From contig CAYPOD010000007.1 in assembly GCA_964412375.1 (NCBI GenBank), positions 24,123 to 88,122 of the forward strand: a stretch of 64,000 nt of DNA, written 5' to 3'. The position numbers were made by a program, and so were the translations under genes. Shown one piece after another: positions 47,110-57,077 of the stretch. Below the pieces are notes generated by a model, which was not told the origin of the DNA, did no database searches, and saw only the letters and a program-made list of their open reading frames with translations. The first letter of the stretch is position 1. Every line of letters begins with the position of its first letter. This stretch comes from an uncultured Chitinophaga sp. (GTDB taxonomy: Bacteria > Bacteroidota > Bacteroidia > Chitinophagales > Chitinophagaceae).

Positions 47110-48081
47110 CTACAACAGCATTTCTTCATTTTCCCTGAACCATTGATAAAACTTTTTTAACCCGTCTTTTAATTGTGTTTGGGGGTTATAACCCAGCAAT
47201 TGTTTGGCCTTTGTAATAGCGGCAAAAGTTTTGGGCACATCTCCTGGCTGGTCAGGCTCATGGTTAATGATGGCTTTTTTACCCGTCACTTCTTCAATAG
47301 CAGCAATCAGCTCTTTAAGCGTTATGGTGTAATTATTGCCCAGGTTGATGATCTCAAAATTGCTTTTATCATAATGAATGGCTCCGACAATGCCCTGCAC
47401 GGTATCTTCGACAAACGTATAATCACGGCTGGTGCTGCCATCGCCATACATCGTAATAGGCCTTTCTTTGATGATCGCTTTTGTGAATTTATGGATGGCA
47501 AGATCTGGTCTTTGCCCCGGGCCGTATACAGTGAAAAAACGTAATGCTAAAAAGCGAATATCAAATAATTTACTGTAAACATGACCCATCATTTCACCGG
47601 CCAGCTTGGTAGCGGCATACGGACTGATAGGCATAAGCTGTTCATCTTCCTTCCAGGGAAAGTGGTCATTCACTCCATACACACTGCTGCTGGAAGCAAA
47701 TACAAATTGCCGTATATTTTTTTCTTTGGCAAAATCAAGCATATTCTGCAACCCGACAACATTGGCTTGTTGATAAGCCAACGGATTTTGAATACTGGGC
47801 CTCACCCCTGCCTTTGCGGCAAGATGAATGATTGCATCAACCTGATCAGTAATCATTGCAGCCAGTTCCTTACCAGAAGTAAAAGCCAGGTCGGCCTCAA
47901 TCAGGCGAAACCTTTCACCACTACGAAACTTCTGTAAATTAAATTCTTTGATGTCCCTTGAATAAAAAGGATCAAAATTGTCTATACAGGTAACTTTTGT
48001 TGCCGGCTCTTCTGTCAAAACCCGCCGGATCAGGTTACTGCCTATAAAACCGGCCCCGCCGGTGATGAGATAGTGTTTCAT
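47110..48081 (-). CDS. NAD-dependent nucleotide-sugar epimerase/dehydratase (SDR, UDP-glucuronate 4-epimerase-like)
   Basis: MKHYLITGGAGFIGSNL, YAATKLAGE (YxxxK) and FTVYGPGQRPD. The ATG at 48081 is chosen. Its stop lies only 3 nt from the convergent GT2 stop. Confidence 0.85.
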   Translation of the reverse strand: MKHYLITGGAGFIGSNLIRRVLTEEPATKVTCIDNFDPFYSRDIKEFNLQKFRSGERFRLIEADLAFTSGKELAAMITDQVDAIIHLAAKAGVRPSIQNPLAYQQANVVGLQNMLDFAKEKNIRQFVFASSSSVYGVNDHFPWKEDEQLMPISPYAATKLAGEMMGHVYSKLFDIRFLALRFFTVYGPGQRPDLAIHKFTKAIIKERPITMYGDGSTSRDYTFVEDTVQGIVGAIHYDKSNFEIINLGNNYTITLKELIAAIEEVTGKKAIINHEPDQPGDVPKTFAAITKAKQLLGYNPQTQLKDGLKKFYQWFRENEEMLL

Positions 48082-48230
48082 GAAAAAAGATACTTCTGCA
48101 ATATAGTTAATAATGTCTTTTTCTGTTGCTGTCAATGAAGGGCAACTTCTTAATTCAGAGGCTTCCAAATTGATTTTTTTGCCGATTTGGATATTATCTG
48201 CATTTAAAAAAAACAACAAGGAATATTGCT

Positions 48231-49319
48231 ATGCGAATAGCTTTTATTGCAAGGTCAACTTTGTTCGATGTGCCGGGAGGTGATACAATCCAGGTAATGC
48301 AAACCGCCAGTCATCTTGAAAAACTCGGAGTAGTTGTTGATATACTGAAATCAACTAATCCTATAACCTATGAATCATATGACCTCCTGCATTTCTTTAA
48401 TATCACCCGGCCAGCAGATATTCTCTATCATACAAGGAGAACTAATAAACCCTTTGCCCTTTCTCCTATTCTTGTTGACTACAACGAATATGACCGGAAT
48501 CATCGTCGAGGATTGTCGGGGTTTTTCCTCAGACTGGCTCCCCCCGGAATGAACGAATATATTAAAACGGTTGCCCGCTGGCTAAAAGGGTCAGATATGT
48601 TGCAAAGCAAAGACTACCTGTGGAAAGGCCAACGAAAAAGTATGCAAGAAGTCCTGGAAAAAACCGCTGTTTTGCTTCCCAATTCAGAAGGAGAATACAA
48701 TACGTTAAACCGTATACACGGAAATCAATTACCCGGCAACGTTATTCCAAACGGAATTGATACAGCAATCTTTCAACCTGCTGGACACGAAAAAAAAGAT
48801 GAACATCTTGTGTTATGTGTTGCAAGAATAGAGGGCCTCAAGAACCAGTTGAACCTGATCAGGGCTATGAATGATACGACTTATACGCTTCTGCTTATCG
48901 GTTTACCGGCGCCAAACCAACAGGAATATTATAAAACATGCAAAAAAATGGCCGCGGATAATATCTTCTTTAGCGGTCACATGACACAGCAGGAACTGGT
49001 TTCTTACTACAGCCGGGCCAAAGTGCATGTATTACCCGCCTGGTTTGAAACCTGCGGCCTTTCATCTCTTGAAGCTGCTGCGATGGGTTGTAATATCGTT
49101 ATTACGGATAAAGGTTATACCCGTGAATATTTTGGTGATGATGCTTTTTATTGCGATCCCGGCAGCCCTGAATCAATTTTTAATGCGGTTGATAAAGCTG
49201 CAAAAGCTCCCGTACGGAAATCATTACAGCAAAAAATTCTTAGCCAATATACCTGGAAAAAAGCAGCGGCTATCACTTATGAAGCTTATCAAAAAATCTT
49301 ATCGCATGAGAAATCTTAA
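48231..49319 (+). CDS. GT4-family (GT-B) glycosyltransferase
   Basis: The length is 362 aa. The C-domain has PAWFETCGLSSLEAAAMG, an E-x7-E motif. Confidence 0.8.
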   Translation: MRIAFIARSTLFDVPGGDTIQVMQTASHLEKLGVVVDILKSTNPITYESYDLLHFFNITRPADILYHTRRTNKPFALSPILVDYNEYDRNHRRGLSGFFLRLAPPGMNEYIKTVARWLKGSDMLQSKDYLWKGQRKSMQEVLEKTAVLLPNSEGEYNTLNRIHGNQLPGNVIPNGIDTAIFQPAGHEKKDEHLVLCVARIEGLKNQLNLIRAMNDTTYTLLLIGLPAPNQQEYYKTCKKMAADNIFFSGHMTQQELVSYYSRAKVHVLPAWFETCGLSSLEAAAMGCNIVITDKGYTREYFGDDAFYCDPGSPESIFNAVDKAAKAPVRKSLQQKILSQYTWKKAAAITYEAYQKILSHEKS

Positions 49320-50445
49320 AATCGGTATTCTCGGTACAAGAGGGATCCCCAACCACTACGGAGGATTTGAACAGTTTGCAGAACAATTATCTGTAGAACT
49401 CGTCCGGCGCCAGCATGAAGTATATGTTTATAACTCCAGTCTCCACCCCTTTAAAGAAAAAGAGTGGCAAGGCGTACATATCATCCATTGCCCTGATCCT
49501 GAAAACAGGATTGGCACTGCCGGTCAGTTTATTTATGATCTCCATTGCATCAACGATGCCCGGAAGAGGAATTTTGATGTGTTGCTTCATTTAGGCTACA
49601 CCAGTGACTCAGTATGGTACCGGCGCTGGCCCAGGAAAAGAACTGTGAATATCGTAAACATGGATGGTATGGAATGGCAGCGGAGTAAATACCGTAAACC
49701 CACCCGCTTGTTTTTAAAATGGGCGGAATCCATGGCAGTAAACAATGCCAGTTACCTCGTTGCTGACTCCGTGGTGATACGAAAATACCTTTATGAAAAG
49801 TATGGAAGAATGCCTGTTTTTATTCCGTATTGTGCCGAAGTTTTTACCAATGCTGATCCTGCTGTTCCTGTCAGTCATCATCTTGTTCCACACTGCTATT
49901 ATTTGCTGCTTTCCCGCATGGAACCTGAAAACAATATCGAAATGGTGATACAGGGCTACCTGCAGGCCGTTCATGATTTTCCTTTATTCATTATCGGCAA
50001 TATCACCAACAGCTACGGCCGGTACATCACTTCAAAATATAAGCATCCTTCTATTCGCTTTTCGGATGCGATCTACGACCAGGCTGAAGTTGATAATCTT
50101 CGTTACCATTCAGCTCTCTATTTTCATGGACATTCCGCCGGTGGCACCAATCCATCCTTGCTGGAGGCAATGGCCTGCGGATGCCGCATTGCTGCCCATG
50201 ACAATCCATTTAATAAAGCTGTGCTGGGCAATGAAGCACATTACTTCAACAGCGCTGACCAGGTCAGCAACATCATTCTGTCTGCGCCAAACGATTTATT
50301 GGTTCATCAATGGAAAAAACAGAACATTTACCGTATCAGGGAGATATATAACAAAGAAAAGATCATTGATGCCTATGAATTTTTAATGATGCAGGCATGC
50401 GGCATTGAACGAAAAGTCATACAACGTTCTGTAGCTTTGGCCTGA
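49306..50445 (+). CDS. GT4-family glycosyltransferase with DUF1972-type N-terminus
   Basis: MRNLKIGILGTRGIPNHYGGFEQFAEQLS and GHSAGGTNPSLLEAMACG are characteristic. It overlaps the upstream GT4 gene by 14 nt. The longer ORF from 49027 is rejected. Confidence 0.8.
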   Translation: MRNLKIGILGTRGIPNHYGGFEQFAEQLSVELVRRQHEVYVYNSSLHPFKEKEWQGVHIIHCPDPENRIGTAGQFIYDLHCINDARKRNFDVLLHLGYTSDSVWYRRWPRKRTVNIVNMDGMEWQRSKYRKPTRLFLKWAESMAVNNASYLVADSVVIRKYLYEKYGRMPVFIPYCAEVFTNADPAVPVSHHLVPHCYYLLLSRMEPENNIEMVIQGYLQAVHDFPLFIIGNITNSYGRYITSKYKHPSIRFSDAIYDQAEVDNLRYHSALYFHGHSAGGTNPSLLEAMACGCRIAAHDNPFNKAVLGNEAHYFNSADQVSNIILSAPNDLLVHQWKKQNIYRIREIYNKEKIIDAYEFLMMQACGIERKVIQRSVALA

Positions 50446-50467
50446 TTGGTTAGAAGTTGTTATACTT

Positions 50468-51694
50468 TCAGGCCCCTTTTATCTCCAATGAATGAGACTG
50501 CCTGCTGTACTGCCTGTCAAACTGGGGGAAAACATTCGTAAATGCCAGTATCCAGATCATGTACTCAGCGAGGTTGGTCAAAAAGCTCCCCGTGAACTGG
50601 TAAATAAATATGAATACAAAAAGCATAAGCCGGTAATAATTGGTCCATGGCTTGGTCACAAAGAAAAGCAACATCTCTAAAAATAATTTTGTACAAAGCC
50701 CCACCCAACCAAAAACGGCCAGCGTTTCGGCCAATGCATTGGGAATTGTAGCTACAAAATCTTTTGTATAGAGATAATAGCCATGGACAATATCGTGTCC
50801 CACCAGTTTTACATGCCCTACGCCTATTCCCCACCACTCATTCTTTTCATCCAGCATTTGTCTCGCCAGATAAAAAGAATCGGCCGTTCTTCCTTTGGCA
50901 GATGAATCATCTCCGGAGACAACATTCAGCAAACGGGTAAAAAGAGGATTGTGCCTGAAATAGATAACAAGAATGGTCAGGACAGTAAAAAAAAGTATCC
51001 CTGCATTAATAAACATATTCACAATCCTTCTTTTCACCAGCAACTGCCGGGAATGGAACAAAGTCACAACTATGCCGGCAATGATCGCAGCGCTGATCAC
51101 CCCCAGGGAAAAAGAAAGTATGAAAGGAAGAAAAAGCATGGGCAATAACCAGTGATTTTTGATCCGGTTTTTCATAAACACATATTGCAACAGGAAGAAA
51201 AAGAAAACAGGTATGAACAATGTGGCATAATAGGAGGCCTCATACGTAAAAAGTTTAAACCTCCGGAAATCCCTCACTCCTCTTGTTAGTTCCTGCTCAA
51301 TCCAGAAAATATGATCCCACGGTGTAAAATAAAAAATGATACCGGCCAGGCAGAAGAAAAAGTTGACAACAAGTATTGTCCTAAATATTTTTTCAACATC
51401 ATTACATGAAATAAAGAAAGTGTAAAAAGCCTGGCAGGCGATATAAACCATGATAATGTTGAGCATTGAAACAATATAGGTTTTCAGCTCAACGCCGGAA
51501 ACAGCAATATGCATGACCATAAAGGGCAGCATTATGATCAGGAAAGGAAGCAGCACTTCCTTTTTCCGATGAATGATTACCCACAAATAAAAAAAAGGAG
51601 CCAGCACTGCCATCCACGTAAGCCCAAATGGCAACGCTACCGTATTAAAAAAGAAATAGATCAGTGCAAAGGGAAGAAAGCGGTTTACCTGCAT
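50468..51694 (-). CDS. Polytopic membrane protein, O-antigen polymerase (Wzy)-like
   Basis: About 10-12 TM segments, a large loop with RFKLFTYEASYYA, and a late IPNALAETLAVFGWVGL segment reminiscent of Wzy_C. The functional call is inference from topology and context. Confidence 0.6.
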   Translation of the reverse strand: MQVNRFLPFALIYFFFNTVALPFGLTWMAVLAPFFYLWVIIHRKKEVLLPFLIIMLPFMVMHIAVSGVELKTYIVSMLNIIMVYIACQAFYTFFISCNDVEKIFRTILVVNFFFCLAGIIFYFTPWDHIFWIEQELTRGVRDFRRFKLFTYEASYYATLFIPVFFFFLLQYVFMKNRIKNHWLLPMLFLPFILSFSLGVISAAIIAGIVVTLFHSRQLLVKRRIVNMFINAGILFFTVLTILVIYFRHNPLFTRLLNVVSGDDSSAKGRTADSFYLARQMLDEKNEWWGIGVGHVKLVGHDIVHGYYLYTKDFVATIPNALAETLAVFGWVGLCTKLFLEMLLFFVTKPWTNYYRLMLFVFIFIYQFTGSFLTNLAEYMIWILAFTNVFPQFDRQYSRQSHSLEIKGA

Positions 51695-51756
51695 GATAGC
51701 TGTTTACTCCGCTATATTTATCGTAAACAAGCTGTCAATCGTGGCCTTATTGCTCA

Positions 51757-53010
51757 CTATTTTTTATCCTTCCGGCCATACAGGTAAAGAATATCCCTGT
51801 AAAGCAGCAGCACAATTATAACTTCAGTAAGGATCACTGAAAAAACAGTACCCATGCCGAAAAAAACCGGTGCCAGGGAAAAATTGGCAACTATATTGAT
51901 AAGCGTTCCTATGGTAAACACCCGGAGATAATTCTTTTTATGATCTCCTGCCAGTAACAACAGGTTGGCAGGAATACCCAAACAAACAATAATCAGTGCA
52001 AGACATAGCATGCGAAGCAGCAAAACACTGTTGCCGTCGGTTTGCCCCATAAAGAAATGAATGATGCGGGGTGAAAGTATAGCAACCACCGTTGCTCCTG
52101 AAGCAGTTATTCCCAGGAAAGGAAGAAATATCTGGCGAAAGAATTTTTTTACCGGGCTGATCCCTTCCTGCAACAACAGGCAAATTCTCGGATATGCCGC
52201 CTGCGAAAAAACATCCAGCATTAATTTCATGGCGAAGTAGATCCTTTCTGCAATACTGTAATAACCCACTACAAGATCATTACTGAAGAGACGAAGAATA
52301 AAAATGCCTATGTATTGAATGCTGGTTTGAGAAAGATTGGTAAGGGTTACCGGCCAGCCTTCTTTCAACTCGTAGAGAATGGCCTTCATTGAAGGCATAG
52401 AAAAAGAAAGTTTATATTTCTTTACAGCAAAAAAAATGCTGGCCAATCCTGCTATGCAATTACCCAGGCCCATAAAGAAGATATAGAGACTTATATCATT
52501 TTTGTCTTTAAGAAACAATAACACCATCGCTACGAAAACCAGGCGGGAAAAGAAAGAAGCAACCGCCATATACTGCATCTTCTCAAGCCCCTGGAAAAAC
52601 CAGTTCACCAGCAATGACTGGCCAATGACAAACGAAAACGCAAGCAGGTACACTTCGTAATGCAGCCTGAACAAAGGGATTATCGCAACAAGAACCAGGA
52701 GCAGCAAAAAAAGAAGTACAGTGATAAAAAGTTTGGAGGCAAGTACGGTAAAAAAAATACCGGATATCCGTTCAGGGTCGTTTTTGTACAGGGCAACATC
52801 ACGGATAGCCGTCCGGTTAAACCCATAATCGGCCGTAACAGACATATAAAACATGAGCACCTGTGCCACTGCAATGATACCAAACCCATCTGCCCCGATG
52901 ATACGAATAACATAGGGAATCACCACTAACGACAGCAGGAATCCGGCTACCTGGATGATGCCAAGGGAAGAAAAGTTAAACAGCAGCGTATAATGCCGGC
53001 GGTCAGACAT
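51757..53010 (-). CDS. Oligosaccharide flippase (Wzx, MOP/polysaccharide biosynthesis protein family)
   Basis: A 417-aa polytopic protein. The N-terminus FNFSSLGIIQVAGFLLSLVVIPYVIRIIGADGFG is typical of Wzx. The ATG at 53010 is chosen. Confidence 0.8.
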   Translation of the reverse strand: MSDRRHYTLLFNFSSLGIIQVAGFLLSLVVIPYVIRIIGADGFGIIAVAQVLMFYMSVTADYGFNRTAIRDVALYKNDPERISGIFFTVLASKLFITVLLFLLLLVLVAIIPLFRLHYEVYLLAFSFVIGQSLLVNWFFQGLEKMQYMAVASFFSRLVFVAMVLLFLKDKNDISLYIFFMGLGNCIAGLASIFFAVKKYKLSFSMPSMKAILYELKEGWPVTLTNLSQTSIQYIGIFILRLFSNDLVVGYYSIAERIYFAMKLMLDVFSQAAYPRICLLLQEGISPVKKFFRQIFLPFLGITASGATVVAILSPRIIHFFMGQTDGNSVLLLRMLCLALIIVCLGIPANLLLLAGDHKKNYLRVFTIGTLINIVANFSLAPVFFGMGTVFSVILTEVIIVLLLYRDILYLYGRKDKK

Positions 53011-53158
53011 GCGTAAACGAAGATAAACCTGCCCCGGCAACAAACAAGGTCTTTTGCAATAAGCAACCGGCAGCCCTTCTGCTGCGATATAACTGAAACA
53101 CTTTGTGTCAGGGATTGCTGTGCCCATCCGGAATAAATTATCTCTTCAAGAAAAACAG

Positions 53159-54022
53159 ATGAATACAACTGCTGACCGTTTAAACCAGCCTTCTGACGAT
53201 ATAGACCTGCTGTTGCTGGCCGAAAGAACCCTACTTTTCTTTCGCAGATATAAATGGCTTTATCTCTCTGCTGTTCTCATCGGTATTCTTCTTGGGTTTC
53301 TGACCTGGCGAAGTATGCCCAAAGTTTACAAATCAAGACTTATTCTTCATTCTTTCACACTCAGCAACCTCGATTATATCCATGTAATAAACAACTGGAA
53401 CAGCCTGCTCAAAAGCGGGGAACATGAATTGCTTTCCCAATCGTTGGGAATGACAACAAGCAGCCTTGGTAAAGTGAAACAAGTAAAGGGGACAGAAATT
53501 CAAAAAGTTTTCACGCCTAATAATCCCAACGGGTTCTATGTTGATGTTTTTGTGACCAACAACAATGTGCTGAAAGAATTGCAAGCCGGGATCCTTACAG
53601 GGCTTGAGAATGTAGAATATATCAAAAAACAGTTGGCAATAAAAAAAGAGAACCTGGGCTTGCTGATCAGCGAGGTTTCAAAAGAGATAAGGAAGCTTGA
53701 TTCCACAAAAACCAGGATAGAATCACTGCTTGCCGGTAATGGCAACAGGAGTACTTCACTTATTGTAGATATATCCGGGCTGAACAAACAACGTATTGAA
53801 CTCAATGAAAAATTATTATACTACCAGCAAGACCTCCGCATGGCCAGCGCTGTGCAGGTGCTGCAGGGTTTCAGTCATTTTAATAAACCAGCCGGCCCCA
53901 ATCTTGTAGTCTGGCTGGGCTTAGGCTTTATAGGAGGTATGGCTATCGCTTTCATGTTATCATTTCTGCTTCACCTGAGAAAAAGATTAAAAAACAGGTT
54001 ATCTGTGCCGGACCGCCATTAG
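53159..54022 (+). CDS. Polysaccharide co-polymerase (Wzz/PCP-like) protein
   Basis: An N-terminal TM (WLYLSAVLIGILLGFLTW) and a C-terminal TM (LVVWLGLGFIGGMAIAFMLSFLL) flank a coiled-coil-rich region. This is the PCP topology without a kinase domain. The call rests on topology only. Confidence 0.5.
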   Translation: MNTTADRLNQPSDDIDLLLLAERTLLFFRRYKWLYLSAVLIGILLGFLTWRSMPKVYKSRLILHSFTLSNLDYIHVINNWNSLLKSGEHELLSQSLGMTTSSLGKVKQVKGTEIQKVFTPNNPNGFYVDVFVTNNNVLKELQAGILTGLENVEYIKKQLAIKKENLGLLISEVSKEIRKLDSTKTRIESLLAGNGNRSTSLIVDISGLNKQRIELNEKLLYYQQDLRMASAVQVLQGFSHFNKPAGPNLVVWLGLGFIGGMAIAFMLSFLLHLRKRLKNRLSVPDRH

Positions 54023-54024
54023 AA

Positions 54025-55347
54025 ATGACCGTTGCAACACCATACCTGCGATCTTCCGTGAAAACAAAATTCATCGAAAAAATGATCCTGTTACTCTATG
54101 TCCTTTTTTTCTGTAGTCTTTTTTTTTCATGGCGGGCAATCAGCAGCATCAGCGTTGGGTTCTTGCTGATACTATCCATGTTGCATACAAACCCACTATC
54201 GTCTCTAAAAAATCTTGATACAGCAAAAAAGTTTTTCCTGTACGCTTGCCTTCTCTTTTTCCTGGTCCAGTTCATCCCTTTTTCTCCCGGCTGGGGCACT
54301 GATGAATTCTGGAAAAACATACTGCTGAAATCAGGAGTTATCGTCATTCCTCTTATGGCTTTCTTAACCGCCGGGATAAGTCAGCAGAACAAAAAGTTTC
54401 TTTTGCAAACTTATTGCCTCACTCTTTTCGGCGCCTTGCTCTCTTGTCTTTTCATCGCTCTTAAAACATTTGCTGAAACCAATGACAGCTCCACTTTTTT
54501 TTATCACAGTCTATTGAGTCCTTTCAATCATCATGCTGTTTATTTTTCCCTATTTACGTTCACAGCCATAATGCTGCTAATGGAAGAAGCCCGCAGCAAA
54601 AATTACTTTTTCAGACCTGTATTACATTATTCCCTGGCACTTTTCTTTTCACTGGCAGTGTTTCTTCTCTCGTCAAAACAGGTAATAGCTTTTCTAATCG
54701 TTTATACCGGCTATCATCTGCTGACCATTTCAACACTGAAAAAGAATCGCCGGATAATTATTTTAAGCGGTATAATTATCATGCTTGTATTTACCACAGC
54801 TCTGGTAAGCACAAGCAATCCGGTTGGAAATCGTATCCGGGATTTGACAAAAGGCAGCTTCACCTTGCACCGCCAGGAACAATTTCATCCGGGTGTTTAT
54901 TTTAATGGCATCCAGTTCCGGTTGCTGCCGGTAAAACTTGTTCCCGGGATACTAACTGAGCAAAATAGCTGGTGGGCAGGAACAGGTTCAGCCCGTGCAC
55001 AGCAGTTGCTTGATGAAAAATATCTTTCAATGAATATGTATGCCGGTGACGGCAAGAACGACAAAGGCTACCTGGGGCTCAACACCCACAACCAGTTTCT
55101 TGAATCGTTGCTGAAGCAGGGTATAATTGGCTTGTTTGCTTTCACAATGTTGTTCATAGCCTTTATAAGCACTGGCCGGAAAAATAGCAAAAATGGCTAC
55201 CTGTTTGCCTGGCTGATCCTTGGAGCATACTCATTCATTGAATCAATCCTTGAGACGCAATATGGCATTATTCTTTTCGCTTTTTTTCCTGTATTTCTCC
55301 CGGCAGAAAATAAAAAAGCCAACCTTTCAGGGATACAAAGCGATTGA
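54025..55347 (+). CDS. O-antigen ligase/polymerase family (Wzy_C domain) membrane protein
   Basis: Polytopic protein. The periplasmic loop followed by NTHNQFLESLLKQGIIGL matches the H-N-x-[FY]-L-x-x-L-x-x-x-G-x-x-G signature of WaaL/Wzy_C proteins. Confidence 0.7.
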   Translation: MTVATPYLRSSVKTKFIEKMILLLYVLFFCSLFFSWRAISSISVGFLLILSMLHTNPLSSLKNLDTAKKFFLYACLLFFLVQFIPFSPGWGTDEFWKNILLKSGVIVIPLMAFLTAGISQQNKKFLLQTYCLTLFGALLSCLFIALKTFAETNDSSTFFYHSLLSPFNHHAVYFSLFTFTAIMLLMEEARSKNYFFRPVLHYSLALFFSLAVFLLSSKQVIAFLIVYTGYHLLTISTLKKNRRIIILSGIIIMLVFTTALVSTSNPVGNRIRDLTKGSFTLHRQEQFHPGVYFNGIQFRLLPVKLVPGILTEQNSWWAGTGSARAQQLLDEKYLSMNMYAGDGKNDKGYLGLNTHNQFLESLLKQGIIGLFAFTMLFIAFISTGRKNSKNGYLFAWLILGAYSFIESILETQYGIILFAFFPVFLPAENKKANLSGIQSD

Positions 55348-55403
55348 ATTAAACACGGGGAATTCTATAATCAAAACGGGCAGAACAAGAAGCAAACAAT
55401 CTT

Positions 55404-57077
55404 TTGAAGCACTTATTTAAAAATACATGGATCATTCTTACAGCAGCAGAAAGGAAACGCTTTGCTATCCTGGTGGTAATGAGTATTGTTATCAGCGTAG
55501 CTGATATTCTTGCCCTCATTGCACTGCTCTGGATAATTAATTTCTATATTCAGCCGGCTGCGAATATTTCGTTGTTTTTACCCGGATGGCTGGGTCAGAA
55601 AGATTCTCCCGGTCTGATCAGTTTGTTCCTGGTCCTGTTTGCATTAAAAAACTGGCTGGCTTACCAGGTAGTGAAGCTGCATTATGCTTTTACAGGTGAT
55701 GTGGCTGTTCGTATTTCTCAAAATAACCTGCAACAATTTCAACACTCGTCATATCATGACTATGTAAACACCGATTCATCAGCGCTTATCAGGAAAATTG
55801 CCCTGCAGCCCTTTGAGTTTTGTCAGCATATTCTTTCCGGCTGGCAGCAAGTGATCACACAGTTATTGCTTGTTGGTTTTGCTGCATTAGCAATTATTAT
55901 CTTCAATCCAAAACTCTTCCTGCTTCTGTTGCTGATACTTGTTCCCCCTGTTACTCTTGTATTTTTCTTTATCCGGAAAAAAATGACAATTACCAAGAAA
56001 CATTTAAGGGAAAACAATGAACGATCCTATCAATATCTTCTTGATGCATTAAAAGGATACATGGAGGGAAACATCTTTCAGCGGAATGACTTTTTTCTTC
56101 GACGGTTCCTTGTGCGGCGAAAGGCTTTTAGTCAGCATCTCTTTCATTCACTTTCTCTGCAAAATTTTCCGGGCAGAAGCATGGAGGTCTTTGCGGTACT
56201 TGGATTATTCATGCTGATCACTATTTCCAAGTGGCTGGGGTATGAAGACGAGCATTCACTGCTGACCATTGGCGCCTTTATGGCTGCTTCGTATAAGATC
56301 ATTCCCGGAATGGTGAAAATAGTCAACCTGTCCGGGCAAATAAAAGCGTATGAATTCCGCAAAGACGAGCTATCAGCTGAGGTCTCAAAAATTGATGATT
56401 CATCATTATTCAATGTTGAAAACTCTTCCATTTACTCTGTTCGCTGCAGTAATGTTCATTTCTGCTATAACGGGCAGCCCGTTTTAAAAAATATTTCGTT
56501 TGAAATAAATCGTGGCGAAATGTTGGGCATCAGCGGCCAATCAGGTATTGGCAAGACAACTTTACTTCACTTGTTGATTGGCCTGCTTGAACCTGAAACA
56601 GGAACCATTTCAATCAATAATAAGCCCTGTACGACTGAAGAACGCCGGCTATACTGGCCCGCAATCGCCTATTGCCGGCAGCAGCCCTTTTTTATTTATG
56701 ACAGCATACTGAAAAATATAACACTTGAAGAATCCGGTCATGATGAGAAAAGATTGAAAACAGCAATTGAGGTGGCCGGACTAGACAAAGTGATACAGAC
56801 ATTCCCTGAGGGTATAGAAAAAATTGTCACTGAGAATGGGAAAAACATCAGCGGCGGGCAACAACAGCGTATCATGCTGGCAAGAGCATTGTATAAAACC
56901 GCTGACCTGTTACTGCTGGATGAGCCGTTTAATGAACTGGATGAAAATGCAGCATGCTGTATCCTTAAAAAATGCAAGGAGCTGCTAAAAGAAAGGATCA
57001 TTATCCTGGTGACTCACGACAAAAAAATACTTTCTACTTCTGATAAAATCTTGTCACTGGATGAAACAGCCCATTGA
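55404..57077 (+). CDS. ABC exporter, fused transmembrane and ATP-binding domains (MsbA/type I exporter-like)
   Basis: Six-TM N-half. Walker A is GQSGIGKTT, the signature is ISGGQQQR and Walker B is LLLLDEP. It appears to start at a TTG (55404), with no nearby ATG. Confidence 0.85.
   Translation: MKHLFKNTWIILTAAERKRFAILVVMSIVISVADILALIALLWIINFYIQPAANISLFLPGWLGQKDSPGLISLFLVLFALKNWLAYQVVKLHYAFTGDVAVRISQNNLQQFQHSSYHDYVNTDSSALIRKIALQPFEFCQHILSGWQQVITQLLLVGFAALAIIIFNPKLFLLLLLILVPPVTLVFFFIRKKMTITKKHLRENNERSYQYLLDALKGYMEGNIFQRNDFFLRRFLVRRKAFSQHLFHSLSLQNFPGRSMEVFAVLGLFMLITISKWLGYEDEHSLLTIGAFMAASYKIIPGMVKIVNLSGQIKAYEFRKDELSAEVSKIDDSSLFNVENSSIYSVRCSNVHFCYNGQPVLKNISFEINRGEMLGISGQSGIGKTTLLHLLIGLLEPETGTISINNKPCTTEERRLYWPAIAYCRQQPFFIYDSILKNITLEESGHDEKRLKTAIEVAGLDKVIQTFPEGIEKIVTENGKNISGGQQQRIMLARALYKTADLLLLDEPFNELDENAACCILKKCKELLKERIIILVTHDKKILSTSDKILSLDETAH

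Noticed and set aside
47104-47112. Convergent GT2 and epimerase stop codons lie only 3 nt apart.
   Set aside because: Tight convergent packing of this kind is common and carries no specific signal. It is noted only in the feature evidence.
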